Assembly (NCBI GenBank): GCA_028715985.1
Contig: JAQUQR010000001.1
Location: 267,905 to 331,904, forward strand
Length of the DNA stretch: 64,000 bases
Direction of reading: 5' to 3'
DNA from: Methanocellales archaeon
GTDB taxonomy: Archaea > Halobacteriota > UBA148
Both the position numbers and the translations under genes were made by a program. Each line of letters starts with the position of its first letter. Positions within the stretch are counted from its first letter, which is position 1. Below the pieces are notes generated by a model. It was not told the DNA's origin. It made no database searches and worked only from the letters and a program-made list of their open reading frames with translations. Shown here in pieces: positions 1-14,340 of this stretch.

Positions 1-575
1 CCGTTCAGATCGCTGAGATTGCAGGGGTGGAGCCCATATCCCTAACACCCGCAAAGATCACAAGGGTTAAAGCGGTTGGAATGGGCGATCGTGTATGTGT
101 AGACACATGCTCGCTTTTGAGCAAGGGTGAAGGCATGCTGATAGGCTCACAGTCCAATGGCTTGTTCTTGGTTCATGGAGAAACCGAGGAAAGCCCGTAT
201 GTTTCGCCACGTCCTTTCCGCGTAAATGCCGGTGCAGTTCATGCCTACGTGTATGTGAGCGGCAAGACAAAATATCTGTCTGAACTGCAGAGCGGGGATG
301 ACGTAACTATCGTAGATCGCCAAGGACTGTCGAGAAAAGCGACGATAGGGCGGATAAAGATCGAGCGTAGGCCTCTAATGCTCGTTGAAGCACAGGTTAA
401 GGGTGATAACATCAAGACCACTCTTCAGAATGCAGAGACCATCAAGCTGGTGACCCAAGACGGAACTCCCAGAGCTGTCACAGAGCTGAAAGAGGGTGAC
501 GAAGTCCTGGTTCATTATGAGGAAGGCGGTAGACACTTTGGAATGAAGATCGAAGAGACAATCATTGAGAGATAG
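1..575 (+). CDS. 3-dehydroquinate synthase II (archaeal type), C-terminal part; 5' end lies outside the window
   Basis: ORF is open to the window edge. Sits directly upstream of aroD and aroE, the usual position of archaeal aroB'. Family assignment comes from operon context and overall sequence character. Confidence 0.5.
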   Translation, partial: VQIAEIAGVEPISLTPAKITRVKAVGMGDRVCVDTCSLLSKGEGMLIGSQSNGLFLVHGETEESPYVSPRPFRVNAGAVHAYVYVSGKTKYLSELQSGDDVTIVDRQGLSRKATIGRIKIERRPLMLVEAQVKGDNIKTTLQNAETIKLVTQDGTPRAVTELKEGDEVLVHYEEGGRHFGMKIEETIIER

Positions 576-1269
576 GAGTACATCTATGCGCATAGGTGAT
601 GTCGAACTTGATACGCCAAAAATAGTCGGGGTGATCAATAGCATCGATGAAGTCGAGACGGCTGAAAAAGCCGGGGCAGACTTACTTGAGATCCGAATGG
701 ATTTACTCCGCAAGAATGAGGATGTGATAGGGTTCTTTGAAGACGTCACTGATGCCACATCTCTACCGATCATCGCGACCGATCGCCCGAAGAGTGAGGG
801 CGGGTCTTTTGTCGGTTCCGAAGTTCAAAGGATTTCAATGCTGATGTCCATTATGGAATATGCTGATGCAGTGGACATCGAGCTTAGGTCAGCAGAGAAG
901 GATGTTGTGGTAGAAGGAGCGAGAAAGAGAGAGAAGGTTGCAATCATCTCCTATCATGATTTCTCTGGAACGCCTCCTAAAGAAAAAATGTTGAGAATAT
1001 TGAAGGAGGCTCGTCAAATAGGCGATATTCCGAAGCTTGCTGTCATGGCTAACTCTCTCAGTGATGTCATCTCCTTGCTGGAAGTCACGCTTCAGGCGCA
1101 AAAGCCCTTTTGCACTATAGCGATGGGCTCTCTTGGAAAACATTCAAGAGTGATAGCACCGCTATACGGCTCTTCGTTGACCTATGGTCATGTCGTCGGC
1201 GAGGCAAAAGCACCAGGACAATTATCTGTAGGGGAGCTAAGAAATGTGCTTAATATCTTGGTGGGGTAG
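565..1269 (+). CDS. aroD: 3-dehydroquinate dehydratase, type I
   Basis: Contains LEIRMDLL and the conserved Lys-containing core typical of type I DHQase. Lies in the aro operon. Confidence 0.85.
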   Translation: MRDRSTSMRIGDVELDTPKIVGVINSIDEVETAEKAGADLLEIRMDLLRKNEDVIGFFEDVTDATSLPIIATDRPKSEGGSFVGSEVQRISMLMSIMEYADAVDIELRSAEKDVVVEGARKREKVAIISYHDFSGTPPKEKMLRILKEARQIGDIPKLAVMANSLSDVISLLEVTLQAQKPFCTIAMGSLGKHSRVIAPLYGSSLTYGHVVGEAKAPGQLSVGELRNVLNILVG

Positions 1270-2097
1270 ATGAAAAAGATATATGGGGTGATCGGAGACC
1301 CAATCGAGCACAGTCTATCGCCAATTATGCATAATGCAGCCTTTCAAAAATTGGGAATAAACGGGGTATACCATGCCTTTAGAGTTAGCTCGGAAAATGC
1401 GGCCAGTGCGATCTTGGGAGCAAAAGCGCTTGGTTTTGGTGGACTGAACGTAACAATACCTCTTAAGGAAAGGGCATTGGATGTGGTGGATGCTGATCCT
1501 ATTGCCAAAAAAATAGGTGCAGTTAACACCCTTGATTTTAAGGATGGAATACTTGGCTACAATACCGATGGTATCGGCGCAAAACGTGCTCTGGGGAAGC
1601 GCAACATCGATGTAGCGGATAAGGGCGTTTTAATCCTTGGCTCTGGCGGTGCAGCTAGGGCCATTGCATTTCAGTTCGCACAGGATGGGGCAACACTGGC
1701 CATCGCCAATCGAACTGTATCCAGGGCAGTTAGGCTCGCACAAGAGATCAGAGCTATAGGCGAAGGCGATGCAATCGGCATTGGTCTGGAGACCCTTCCA
1801 TCACTCCTAAAAAAAGTTGACATATTGGTCAACTCAACTTCGGTCGGGATGCCTCCTCGCACCGATGAAACGCTGGTGACTGCAGACCAGATGCACTCTG
1901 GTTTGGTCGTATTTGACGTTGTGTACAATCCCATCAAGACCAGATTGCTGAGGGAAGCCAAAAAGGCAGGTGCAATTACTATAGATGGGGTCGACATGCT
2001 TGTGCACCAAGGGGCGGAATCGTTCAAGATATGGACGTCCAGGAATGCGCCAATAGATGTGATGGGGGATGCTGTGAGATGTGCTCTAAAGCGTTGA
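1270..2097 (+). CDS. aroE: shikimate dehydrogenase
   Basis: N-terminal GVIGDPIEHSLSP motif and a Rossmann GSGGAARA motif. Operon context. Confidence 0.9.
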   Translation: MKKIYGVIGDPIEHSLSPIMHNAAFQKLGINGVYHAFRVSSENAASAILGAKALGFGGLNVTIPLKERALDVVDADPIAKKIGAVNTLDFKDGILGYNTDGIGAKRALGKRNIDVADKGVLILGSGGAARAIAFQFAQDGATLAIANRTVSRAVRLAQEIRAIGEGDAIGIGLETLPSLLKKVDILVNSTSVGMPPRTDETLVTADQMHSGLVVFDVVYNPIKTRLLREAKKAGAITIDGVDMLVHQGAESFKIWTSRNAPIDVMGDAVRCALKR

Positions 2098-3395
2098 TCA
2101 TCGGCGGGGCGGGAAACATGGGGCAGTGGTTTGCACGAACTCTCAAGAGACAGGACTATGCAGTCAGCATAGCGGACATCGATCCTCAGGCCCAAGAAGT
2201 GGCTAGTGAGCTTGGTATCGGTTTTGTAAAAGACGAAGACGTACCAAAAGCAGTTGTCGATTTTGACATCGTGCTGATCTCCGTACCGATAAATGTCACC
2301 GAAGAGGTGATAAGTAAAGTAGCACCCCACATGCGTCCCGGCAGCTTGCTCATGGACGTCACATCGGTCAAGAAAGGTCCTATGAAAGCGATGAGAAAGG
2401 CGCCAAAAGGCGTTGAGATAATAGGCACGCATCCAATGTTCGGTCCCACGATGTCAGAACCCTTAGGTCAGACCGTGATTCTGGTGGCGGTGGAAGGGCG
2501 GTGCGAGAATTGGCTCCCGAAGATCGTCGCCCTTTTTGAGGATGAGGGCGCACATGTGGAATTTCTTTCTGCTGAGGAGCATGACCAGATGATGGCAGTT
2601 GTCCAGGGATTAACCCATTTTGCATACATAGCTGTCGGTGCTACGATGGATGCCCTTGAGTTCGATCTCAACAAATCAAGGCGATTTATGAGTCCTGTGT
2701 ACGAAGTAATGGTCGACTTCGTGGGTAGGATTCTGGCTCAAAATCCCCACCTATATGCCATGATCCAGGCAAGTCCAGATGTGAAAAAAGTGCATGATGC
2801 CTTCATTACGCAGTGTTTAGAGCTGTCGAAGAGCGCTGAGTTTGGAGAAACTGAAAAATTTGTCAGATTGATGAGGAACGCCGCAAGTCACTTTGGCGAC
2901 ACCGAGTCCGCCTTAAGGAGGTCTGACAAGCTCGTTAACGCAAAAATAACAGAGCTTGAGACACTGGCCAACTCCATCGGAGAGGAAAGGGGGCTCAGGC
3001 ACATATATTCCGGTGTTGTGCATGTTGGTATCGTTAGGAAAGTTACACATCAGGAGGTTTTGCTGGAGAAGGGGGGAAAAAGGACGGAGCTGAAGATAGA
3101 GAACGTCAGTCTGCTTAGTGCAGATGAGCTTCTCCAGTGGAAGATGGATAACTTGGTGCACCATAGGAGGGACATATCTGTGGCTTTGTCGGAGAGCGTA
3201 AAGCCAGATATCATCGCTGGAATCCTGGGTGGCGTGGACGGCGTCATTTCAGTGGATCAAATCGACACCTATGGGATTAAAAAAGGTCATGTCAGCCTTA
3301 CCTACCGAATAACGATAAGGGGGGACAAAGACCCCAATGAGGTTCAACATAAGGTGGAAGAATTGTTAAAGGGAATTGGTGGGGAGATACGATAG
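2079..3395 (+). CDS. tyrA: prephenate dehydrogenase with C-terminal extension (possibly a regulatory domain)
   Basis: LIIGGAGNMGQWF Rossmann motif and TyrA-like core. Start moved to the internal ATG at 2079, which overlaps the aroE stop. Confidence 0.8.
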   Translation: MCSKALIIGGAGNMGQWFARTLKRQDYAVSIADIDPQAQEVASELGIGFVKDEDVPKAVVDFDIVLISVPINVTEEVISKVAPHMRPGSLLMDVTSVKKGPMKAMRKAPKGVEIIGTHPMFGPTMSEPLGQTVILVAVEGRCENWLPKIVALFEDEGAHVEFLSAEEHDQMMAVVQGLTHFAYIAVGATMDALEFDLNKSRRFMSPVYEVMVDFVGRILAQNPHLYAMIQASPDVKKVHDAFITQCLELSKSAEFGETEKFVRLMRNAASHFGDTESALRRSDKLVNAKITELETLANSIGEERGLRHIYSGVVHVGIVRKVTHQEVLLEKGGKRTELKIENVSLLSADELLQWKMDNLVHHRRDISVALSESVKPDIIAGILGGVDGVISVDQIDTYGIKKGHVSLTYRITIRGDKDPNEVQHKVEELLKGIGGEIR

Positions 3396-3848
3396 TTAGT
3401 TATCTATCAGTCGTATCAAATTATTTTCCACTAACAAAGCCTCAGGGGAAAAAATATGGATAAAGTAGACCGAATAATATCGGCAGCAGGTATCATTGGC
3501 GGCATCGGGCTTGGGATGTTGTTGGGAAGTGAATAAATATTCCGGGAACCTCTTTTGGGAGCTGGCTTAATATCGATATTCATTGTTGTTCTGGGTGTAC
3601 TGTCCTACCCAAAGTAAGAAGAAGTTAGGGGAATAGAATAAATAAAAGGCTAATTAAAGGGATAGTGGGCGCCAGATTCAATTAAAATAGGCTATGCTTA
3701 AATTTCGCTTGGTGCGTCTTTGACAATCAAGTAATGAATTAACTCAGGGTTAAACGAATAAAAAGTGCGTTTGATAATAGTTATGTACAATCTTACTCGG
3801 AGCCTTTTTATACAAAAGAATTAAATACTTTATAACTAATCTAATATC

Positions 3849-4121
3849 ATGAATCCCCCATATATTATAATTTTAATATTAGCCTTGTTAATACTTTTGA
3901 TTGTAGTCTATTTTGTGATAGGTAAAAAGAGACATTTAAAAGATAATCCATGGAAAAACCTAAATAATGTTCAATTTATAGCGGGAATTTGTATTGCGCT
4001 AATTGGGGCTGGAATAATGTTTCATGGAAATGTCTTTGGAGAACGGAACTCAGGCATTGCCACAATTATAGGAATAATTGGTATAGGATTGATCGCTACA
4101 TCTTTTAGAATGCCAAAATGA
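3849..4121 (+). CDS. hypothetical small membrane protein (2 predicted TM)
   Basis: Two hydrophobic segments. AT-rich. No recognisable family. Confidence 0.3.
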   Translation: MNPPYIIILILALLILLIVVYFVIGKKRHLKDNPWKNLNNVQFIAGICIALIGAGIMFHGNVFGERNSGIATIIGIIGIGLIATSFRMPK

Positions 4122-4233
4122 AAAAGGCTCCTGCATCATACTGTCGGTCGCTTCGCTCAGAAACTTCTCATAAGCCGATACTTTATGTTCAATTCGGTCT
4201 CCTTTAAGTGGAATTCACCAGAAACGTTTATTA

Positions 4234-4648
4234 ATGGGTTTGTATTCGAAAACTCAGTATGAGTATCAATCACGACGCATCCGTGAAAAAGAAAGGAAAA
4301 TCAAAACCAAAGGACTATCTGGCGCGCAACTCACGCTATCACAGAAAGTTCGCGATCATGGTGGCAAAAAGTCCTCCCTATTTTTGAAAAAGAACGTCCA
4401 GATGATGATCGCCCGCGTAAAGCGATACAAGCGATCAGGGCTTGGGCGCAGGGAAAGCGGGAGCTGGGGTGCGGAAACTCTCGCTTGACTCGCATGCGGC
4501 TGCACGCGAATCTAAATCGGACGCAGCAAGATTCGCGGCTCGCGCAGCCGGACATGCCGTCGCAACTTGGCATGTGCCGACTCATGCCATGGGCGCGCCC
4601 ATATATGCTTGCAAAGCTATTGTCGCGAGCAAAGACAAAATACCCTAA
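4234..4648 (+). pseudogene. GC-rich bacterial-like gene fragment split across two overlapping frames (probable frameshifted remnant)
   Basis: A roughly 60% GC patch sits inside a roughly 30% GC intergenic region. Two overlapping ORFs (4234-4488 and 4442-4648) lie in different frames. Ala/Arg-rich product of the kind seen in high-GC bacteria. Confidence 0.25.
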
Positions 4649-4950
4649 CGAGGTAGGCTGAAAAAAATGCGGGCCGTGTTATGTCAGGCCTTTGCTAGGG
4701 AAGAACAAAGAAGTAAAGTCAGCTAGAACTCAAAAGGAAAGTTGCACTAAATTTTTGTCCTTCGGAGGATATAACGCGCATTAATCTCAGTTGCACCCCG
4801 TTGCGTCCAAATATGCCCCGCTACGCTCTGCGGTTAATGCGATATGTTAGTTGCTATTCGCTGCGAAAAACGAACTGAGGTCCTGCTACTCACTTTCGAT
4901 ACGATACAAAAAACATTTATCAATGTTAATACAACTAAAATAAAATAAAT

Positions 4951-5835
4951 ATGATTCAAAGAGATGTATTACAAAAGAGATTCAGGATTTTCATCTTGCT
5001 ATCTTTATTTATTTTGTTGATGGAGGTAGCGGGAGGTGTATTTACAAACAGCTTGGCATTGTTAAGTGATGCCGGGCACGTTCTCCTTGATTTACTGGCC
5101 CTTCTATTGGCTTATTTTTCAATACGGCTTTCGCAAAAGGTCGCGACCAAAAAATTTACATTTGGATTTTATAGGGCAGAAATCCTGATAGCAACTATAA
5201 ACGGTGCTATGCTCCTTTTTGTTACCCTCTATATTTTTTATGAATCTTATATTCGATTTTTGTCTCCTCAGCCGATAAGAGGGCCTGAAATGCTTATAAT
5301 TTCGGCTGTTGGGTTTTTAGCTAATTTATATGTTGTAGTAAAAATGCAGGGCTATGAAAAACAAAATCTGAATGTAAGGGGAGCGTATCTTCATGTATTG
5401 AGCGATACTCTGTCATCGGTAGGTGTTGTCATTGCAAGCATATTGATTGTCATTACAGGCAATTATGTTTTTGATCCCATAATAAGTGCAGTAATAGGGT
5501 TATTTATTTTAACAGGCTCTCTGCGATTGATAAGGGAATCTGCCCATATACTCATGGAAGCAACGCCCAAGAACATTGACTTAGAGAAATTGTCGAGAGA
5601 CATCCAAAAAATAAATGGTGTTAAAGAAATTCACGACCTGCATGTTTGGAGCATATCCTCAGATGTATACGCGCTTAGTTCTCATGTCTTGATAGATGCA
5701 GACAACATAAAATCCATGAACAAGATAGTTTCTAACATAAATGAGATGGTTAAATCAAAATATAACATAACCCATACTACGATACAATCTGAATGTGAGA
5801 CTTGTGTTGATGGCGACAATAAGCACGATCATTGA
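4951..5835 (+). CDS. cation diffusion facilitator family transporter (Co/Zn/Cd efflux)
   Basis: CDF membrane core (HVLLDLLALLLAY...FGFYRAEIL) and a C-terminal cytoplasmic domain with a His/Asp/Cys-rich tail. Confidence 0.85.
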   Translation: MIQRDVLQKRFRIFILLSLFILLMEVAGGVFTNSLALLSDAGHVLLDLLALLLAYFSIRLSQKVATKKFTFGFYRAEILIATINGAMLLFVTLYIFYESYIRFLSPQPIRGPEMLIISAVGFLANLYVVVKMQGYEKQNLNVRGAYLHVLSDTLSSVGVVIASILIVITGNYVFDPIISAVIGLFILTGSLRLIRESAHILMEATPKNIDLEKLSRDIQKINGVKEIHDLHVWSISSDVYALSSHVLIDADNIKSMNKIVSNINEMVKSKYNITHTTIQSECETCVDGDNKHDH

Positions 5836-5917
5836 TTACTTTTAAGGCAGGGCTTCCAACGCAACTTTTATTAGAAAATTATTTAAATAACCTAAATTAC
5901 GATTAGTCACACGGAAA

Positions 5918-6223
5918 ATGGAACAAAAATTTAATGCAATTACAATTATATTATTAATAATGCTTGTTATTAGACTTATCGTCCAGGTAATTCTATCTTT
6001 TAACAATTTGATTTCCCTTTCATTCGCTGCTTTATACCTTGCTGCTGTGGTAGGTGTGGTTTTGAAGCAAAAAAGTGGCTCAATATTGGCAGGAGTCATT
6101 GTAATAATTGATATACTTGCATCAGCGATATTTACAACTGGAGCGTATGCCTTTGGGGCAGTTTCCTATGATTTAATCTTGGGATTTTTGGCATATAAGG
6201 AATTTAAGCAGATTTCTGATTGA
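5918..6223 (+). CDS. hypothetical small membrane protein
   Basis: Three hydrophobic segments. No recognisable family. Confidence 0.3.
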   Translation: MEQKFNAITIILLIMLVIRLIVQVILSFNNLISLSFAALYLAAVVGVVLKQKSGSILAGVIVIIDILASAIFTTGAYAFGAVSYDLILGFLAYKEFKQISD

Positions 6224-6343
6224 TTTTTGTTTGAGGTGTATTGTATAACAGCGGATAAATAGAGTTCAAGGTCGATTAATTGATTTTGGGGGTATTATTT
6301 GAAAACACCAGAGATTCGAACGAAAAAGTGCTTTTAATTGGAT

Positions 6344-6919
6344 TTATGCTGTAATTTCAGAAGAAATTATTTCTTGTATTTGAAACCAATAGGTCAACAA
6401 TTCCTTTTCTTTCTTTTCGTAATCGGGAAATTTCTTGGAAATTGTTTTCCAGAAGTGTTCATTGTGCCTTTTTTCTTTTAAGTGTATTAGTTCATGATAG
6501 ACGATGTAGTCGATCATTTTTTGGGGGAGGTATCTCATTAGTGTGTTGAATGTCATATTTTTCTTACTACTACAGCTTCCCCAATTTGAATTCATTTTTC
6601 GGAAATATATGTGATTTATATGAAAATCGCCTTCTTCAGAATAGTTACTCGCTATCGAGTTCACAAGTTGTTTGAATTTATCCTCTGATCTCTCCACGAG
6701 ATTTTTCTTTTTTGAATCCCTGAGTGCAGCCTGAATTATCCGGTTTTTTTCATGAATCCAGTCTTTGTGTTTTTCAATAATTTCAGCAGGGTTTTTTTGG
6801 TGTTCGGGTAAAACAAGGAGCAATCTACCTGTCTTGAATTCCAGTCGAGGATACTTTACCCTTCTCCTGGCTACAGTGTATTCAATTTTTGTATCATTTA
6901 GGCTATGCTTTTTGGCCAT
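6344..6919 (-). CDS. DUF45/YgjP-like (M48/WLM-like) zinc metallohydrolase
   Basis: HELIHLKEKRHNEHFW contains an HExxH zincin motif at the position typical of YgjP/SprT-like hydrolases. Confidence 0.7.
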   Translation of the reverse strand: MAKKHSLNDTKIEYTVARRRVKYPRLEFKTGRLLLVLPEHQKNPAEIIEKHKDWIHEKNRIIQAALRDSKKKNLVERSEDKFKQLVNSIASNYSEEGDFHINHIYFRKMNSNWGSCSSKKNMTFNTLMRYLPQKMIDYIVYHELIHLKEKRHNEHFWKTISKKFPDYEKKEKELLTYWFQIQEIISSEITA

Positions 6920-6998
6920 AATTTTTAATCTTCTCTATAAGGTCGTAGTATATCGCGTCTAAATCCTCTATCCTTAGTTTGTTTTTTCACAAATCTTC

Positions 6999-7316
6999 TT
7001 ACATATCTTCGTAGTTCCCTCTCAAAATTCCGCGGTATTTTTTTATTTGCTGGTTGGTGAGTTTCTCGTTGCAGTCCAGTAGGGTTGCGTTGAATGTTTC
7101 GGCTTTGTGTATCAGTGCTTGGGTTTCGTTTCTGGTGATCGTAAAATCGACATAATATTGCTTGTCTACGCGTTCTTTTTTGGCGTCCATTAAGGGCGTG
7201 TTGTCGATTCCATAGAGTTCTTTGAGAAGGACTATTGTTGCAGTGTGGTTTTCGCTTTTTACGCCTGTCCTGTGCAGAAGTGCTAGGGCAGCATAATACA
7301 TGCTGTAGTAGCTCAT
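6999..7316 (-). CDS. HEPN domain protein (toxin partner of the MNT gene)
   Basis: About 100 aa and helical. Lies directly downstream of the nucleotidyltransferase gene on the same strand, the usual MNT-HEPN arrangement. Confidence 0.55.
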   Translation of the reverse strand: MSYYSMYYAALALLHRTGVKSENHTATIVLLKELYGIDNTPLMDAKKERVDKQYYVDFTITRNETQALIHKAETFNATLLDCNEKLTNQQIKKYRGILRGNYEDM

Positions 7317-7403
7317 GCTTACGGATTCCTCGAGTTTGTCGTGTTCAAGAAGTAGTTTGGCTGATGAGAGGTAGCTTCGGCTTTTATCGATGTATGCGTT
7401 TTT

Positions 7404-8006
7404 TTATGGCATCGCTTGCTCATCCAAGCGGAGTTTCCCTTCCTTGGCCAGTTTATTGAAGAATCTTGTTTTTTCATAGTACTCCTCGACTCCCTTGATC
7501 AGGACGTGGTTTTTCATTATCTCCTGTATGAGGGGGTTTTGGGCGTTCCATCCTCCGATTTTCACGCTCAGGCGGGTATTTATTTGCTCGAGTTGTTTTT
7601 TCAGTTCAGGGTCTTGCGTTTCAATGTAGACATCTATGTCGCTTTCAGGGGTTGCCGTGTTTTTCGCGTGGCTTCCGTAGAGCACTGCCAGTTTTATGTC
7701 TGGGTTTTTCTGGATTTCCTGCATTATGCCCCTCAAATGCGGGTATGTGGCGAGGGTTTCTCCCAATTTGTAGTGCTCCGCCATGACTGCAGCGTTTTTT
7801 GTCTCTAAGGTGTCTTTGAGGCGGTAGGTCTTATTTTTGCCGTCCTGCGTGTAGTCTACGACATTGTCTTCCAGGAGTTTTTGTAGCCTGCGGTTTACGG
7901 TAGCATGGCTGGCGTCAAGTCTTCTCGCAAGCTCCCTACTATGGCATCCACCCCTGAGCAACTCCAAAACGATCCTATTGGTCAATTCATGTTCCACATG
8001 TATCAT
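7404..8006 (-). CDS. minimal nucleotidyltransferase (Pol-beta superfamily) with N-terminal wHTH
   Basis: LYGSHAKNTATPESDIDVYIE is the GS...DxD motif of MNT-type nucleotidyltransferases. The N-terminus has an HTH. Confidence 0.75.
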   Translation of the reverse strand: MIHVEHELTNRIVLELLRGGCHSRELARRLDASHATVNRRLQKLLEDNVVDYTQDGKNKTYRLKDTLETKNAAVMAEHYKLGETLATYPHLRGIMQEIQKNPDIKLAVLYGSHAKNTATPESDIDVYIETQDPELKKQLEQINTRLSVKIGGWNAQNPLIQEIMKNHVLIKGVEEYYEKTRFFNKLAKEGKLRLDEQAMP

Positions 8007-8273
8007 ATTTGAACCAGCCTATATATTAACTCTCCTTAACCCGCATCCTCCTGGTCAACAAGTCGTCCATCAAGCCCTTCTTGATCCTTTCCAGCGCCGT
8101 TCGCGCTCCAGCCCAAGTTTATGGTCTTATCTATAATTTAGGTATCTCCAATCTATTATGATAATTATAAACGGACAACGCTCTAAGGAGTCCTCGTTAA
8201 ATTTTTTTCGCGCAAAAATACTTGGTAAAATTTATATAAATCATTTTGTTTAATGTTTTATGGGTGATGTATC

Positions 8274-8456
8274 ATGGCAAAAGAAATTCACGAAGGTGGC
8301 CCTTCGGGTGCCATCTATGGCTTGGGTTTTATCGGTGCGGCAGTGTATTTTATCGGGCAGGCAACGACATTTTGGATGGGCGTGCTCGGACTTTTGAAAG
8401 CAATCGTTTGGCCGGCTTTTCTGGTCTATGCCTTGCTTAAATACCTGGGTGTCTAG
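8274..8456 (+). CDS. hypothetical small membrane protein
   Basis: 60 aa with two hydrophobic helices. Start-stop coupled to the next ORF. Confidence 0.3.
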   Translation: MAKEIHEGGPSGAIYGLGFIGAAVYFIGQATTFWMGVLGLLKAIVWPAFLVYALLKYLGV

Positions 8457-8458
8457 TC

Positions 8459-8776
8459 ATGGCTGAAAACAATACGAGATATCCCGAAGGCCATTTTGTA
8501 GGAAAGTGGATGGCAATAGGCATTGTCATCTTTTCAGTATTTGGGGTTCCCATCAGCATTGTCTCTGGAAACCCGGGATTAATTGCGATAGGGCCTGCAG
8601 TGGGTGTTGCTTTTGGGCTGGCAATCGGCTCTTCAATTGAATCCAAATATAAAAAAGAGGGGAAAATAAGGCCCCTCACAGAAGATGAAAAAAAGCAAAG
8701 AAAAATGCTATTGATCGCAGGCATAGCACTTTTCCTACTGGGACTTGCAATATTTCTTTTACGATTGTTTTCATAA
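8459..8776 (+). CDS. hypothetical small membrane protein
   Basis: Three hydrophobic segments plus a Lys/Glu-rich loop. Confidence 0.35.
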   Translation: MAENNTRYPEGHFVGKWMAIGIVIFSVFGVPISIVSGNPGLIAIGPAVGVAFGLAIGSSIESKYKKEGKIRPLTEDEKKQRKMLLIAGIALFLLGLAIFLLRLFS

Positions 8777-8847
8777 TTGCTATTGAAAGTGCAAAACTAA
8801 ACATAACATAAAAGGAAAATGGAAATAAACCAAGATCTCTAAAAAAC

Positions 8848-13126
<4,279 letters not shown>

Positions 13127-13317
13127 TTACTTTTCCTCTGCTTTACTCTACCCTAAAATCTCAGAAAACTCTAAGAAGACCAGTTTTATGCCCCTAATGC
13201 ATATTGCTAGCACGGAATTTAAGCCTATCGGTTTATAAAAATCGCTTACGATGAGTGCTATTGACCTTAAAATATGATACAAAATTTTTGGATATATCTA
13301 TATATGAATATATACTT

Positions 13318-14340
13318 TTAGGGATGCAGGTTTATACTCCAGCCGCATTTAGGGCAACTGTTCTTTGTGAGATTTTTTATCACGTTGTATCCATGCCGTT
13401 CGATGAGGAGATTATCACAGTTCGGGCAGTATGTATTCTCATAGCGATGCCCATGCACATTTCCAAGGTACACGTACTGTATGCCGCACTCTTTGGCAAT
13501 TTGATGTGCCTCTTCCAAGGTTTTGATGGGCGTTGGGGATTTTTCTGTCATCAGATATTGCGGATAAAAACGGGAGAAATGGACTGGGGTATCTGCTCCG
13601 ATGTCTAGGACCCATTCTGAAAACTGCCTGATTTCATTGGGGTCGTCATTCCATCCAGGAATCACCAGGTATGTGATCTCCAGGTGAATCCCATACTGTT
13701 TCATGCGTTCACACGTTCTGAGGACTGGGCTTAATCTGGCGTTACAGGTTTGCTTATAATGCTCATCATCAAATGCCTTGACGTCCACATTGGCTGCATC
13801 CAGGTAAGGTGCTATCTTATGCAGTGCCTTCTCACTCATATAGCCGTTGGTAACATAGACCGTGTATAGCTCGGCTTGCTTGGCTAATTGAGCGGAATCA
13901 TAGGTGTACTCAAACCAGATGGTGGGCTCATTATAAGTCCACGCTATGCCGCCACAATTATATTGCCTCGCAAGCTCTACAGATCTCTCTGGCGTAATCT
14001 CCTGTGTTGACACTTCACCTACATCTGCAGTTGCAATCATGTAGTTCTGACAGTGCTTGCACCTAAAATTGCAGCCCACCGTTCCAAGCGAGAACGCGTT
14101 GGACCCCGGGTGAAAGTGAAATAATGGTTTTTTCTCGATGGGGTCGACGTTCTTTGAGGATACGCTGTTGTATATCAGCGTGTATAGCGCACCATTTTGA
14201 TTCTCTCTGACGCGGCATACCCCTCTTTCACCCTCTGAGATCGTGCACTGATGGGCGCACACTCGGCATTTTACTTTCCCCTCCTCCAGGGGCTCCCACA
14301 GCATAGCCTCTTTTCTCATCTCATACTCTGAAGTATTCAT
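13318..14340 (-). CDS. AmmeMemoRadiSam-system radical SAM enzyme (PFL-activase-like)
   Basis: CNFRCKHCQN is a CxxxCxxC radical SAM cluster motif. An N-terminal Cys cluster is typical of this family. Confidence 0.8.
   Translation of the reverse strand: MNTSEYEMRKEAMLWEPLEEGKVKCRVCAHQCTISEGERGVCRVRENQNGALYTLIYNSVSSKNVDPIEKKPLFHFHPGSNAFSLGTVGCNFRCKHCQNYMIATADVGEVSTQEITPERSVELARQYNCGGIAWTYNEPTIWFEYTYDSAQLAKQAELYTVYVTNGYMSEKALHKIAPYLDAANVDVKAFDDEHYKQTCNARLSPVLRTCERMKQYGIHLEITYLVIPGWNDDPNEIRQFSEWVLDIGADTPVHFSRFYPQYLMTEKSPTPIKTLEEAHQIAKECGIQYVYLGNVHGHRYENTYCPNCDNLLIERHGYNVIKNLTKNSCPKCGWSINLHP

Noticed and set aside
27-575. Taking the ATG at 27 as the start of the first gene
   Set aside because: The reading frame is open to position 1. 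The gene continues upstream of the window, so the feature is reported as a partial CDS.
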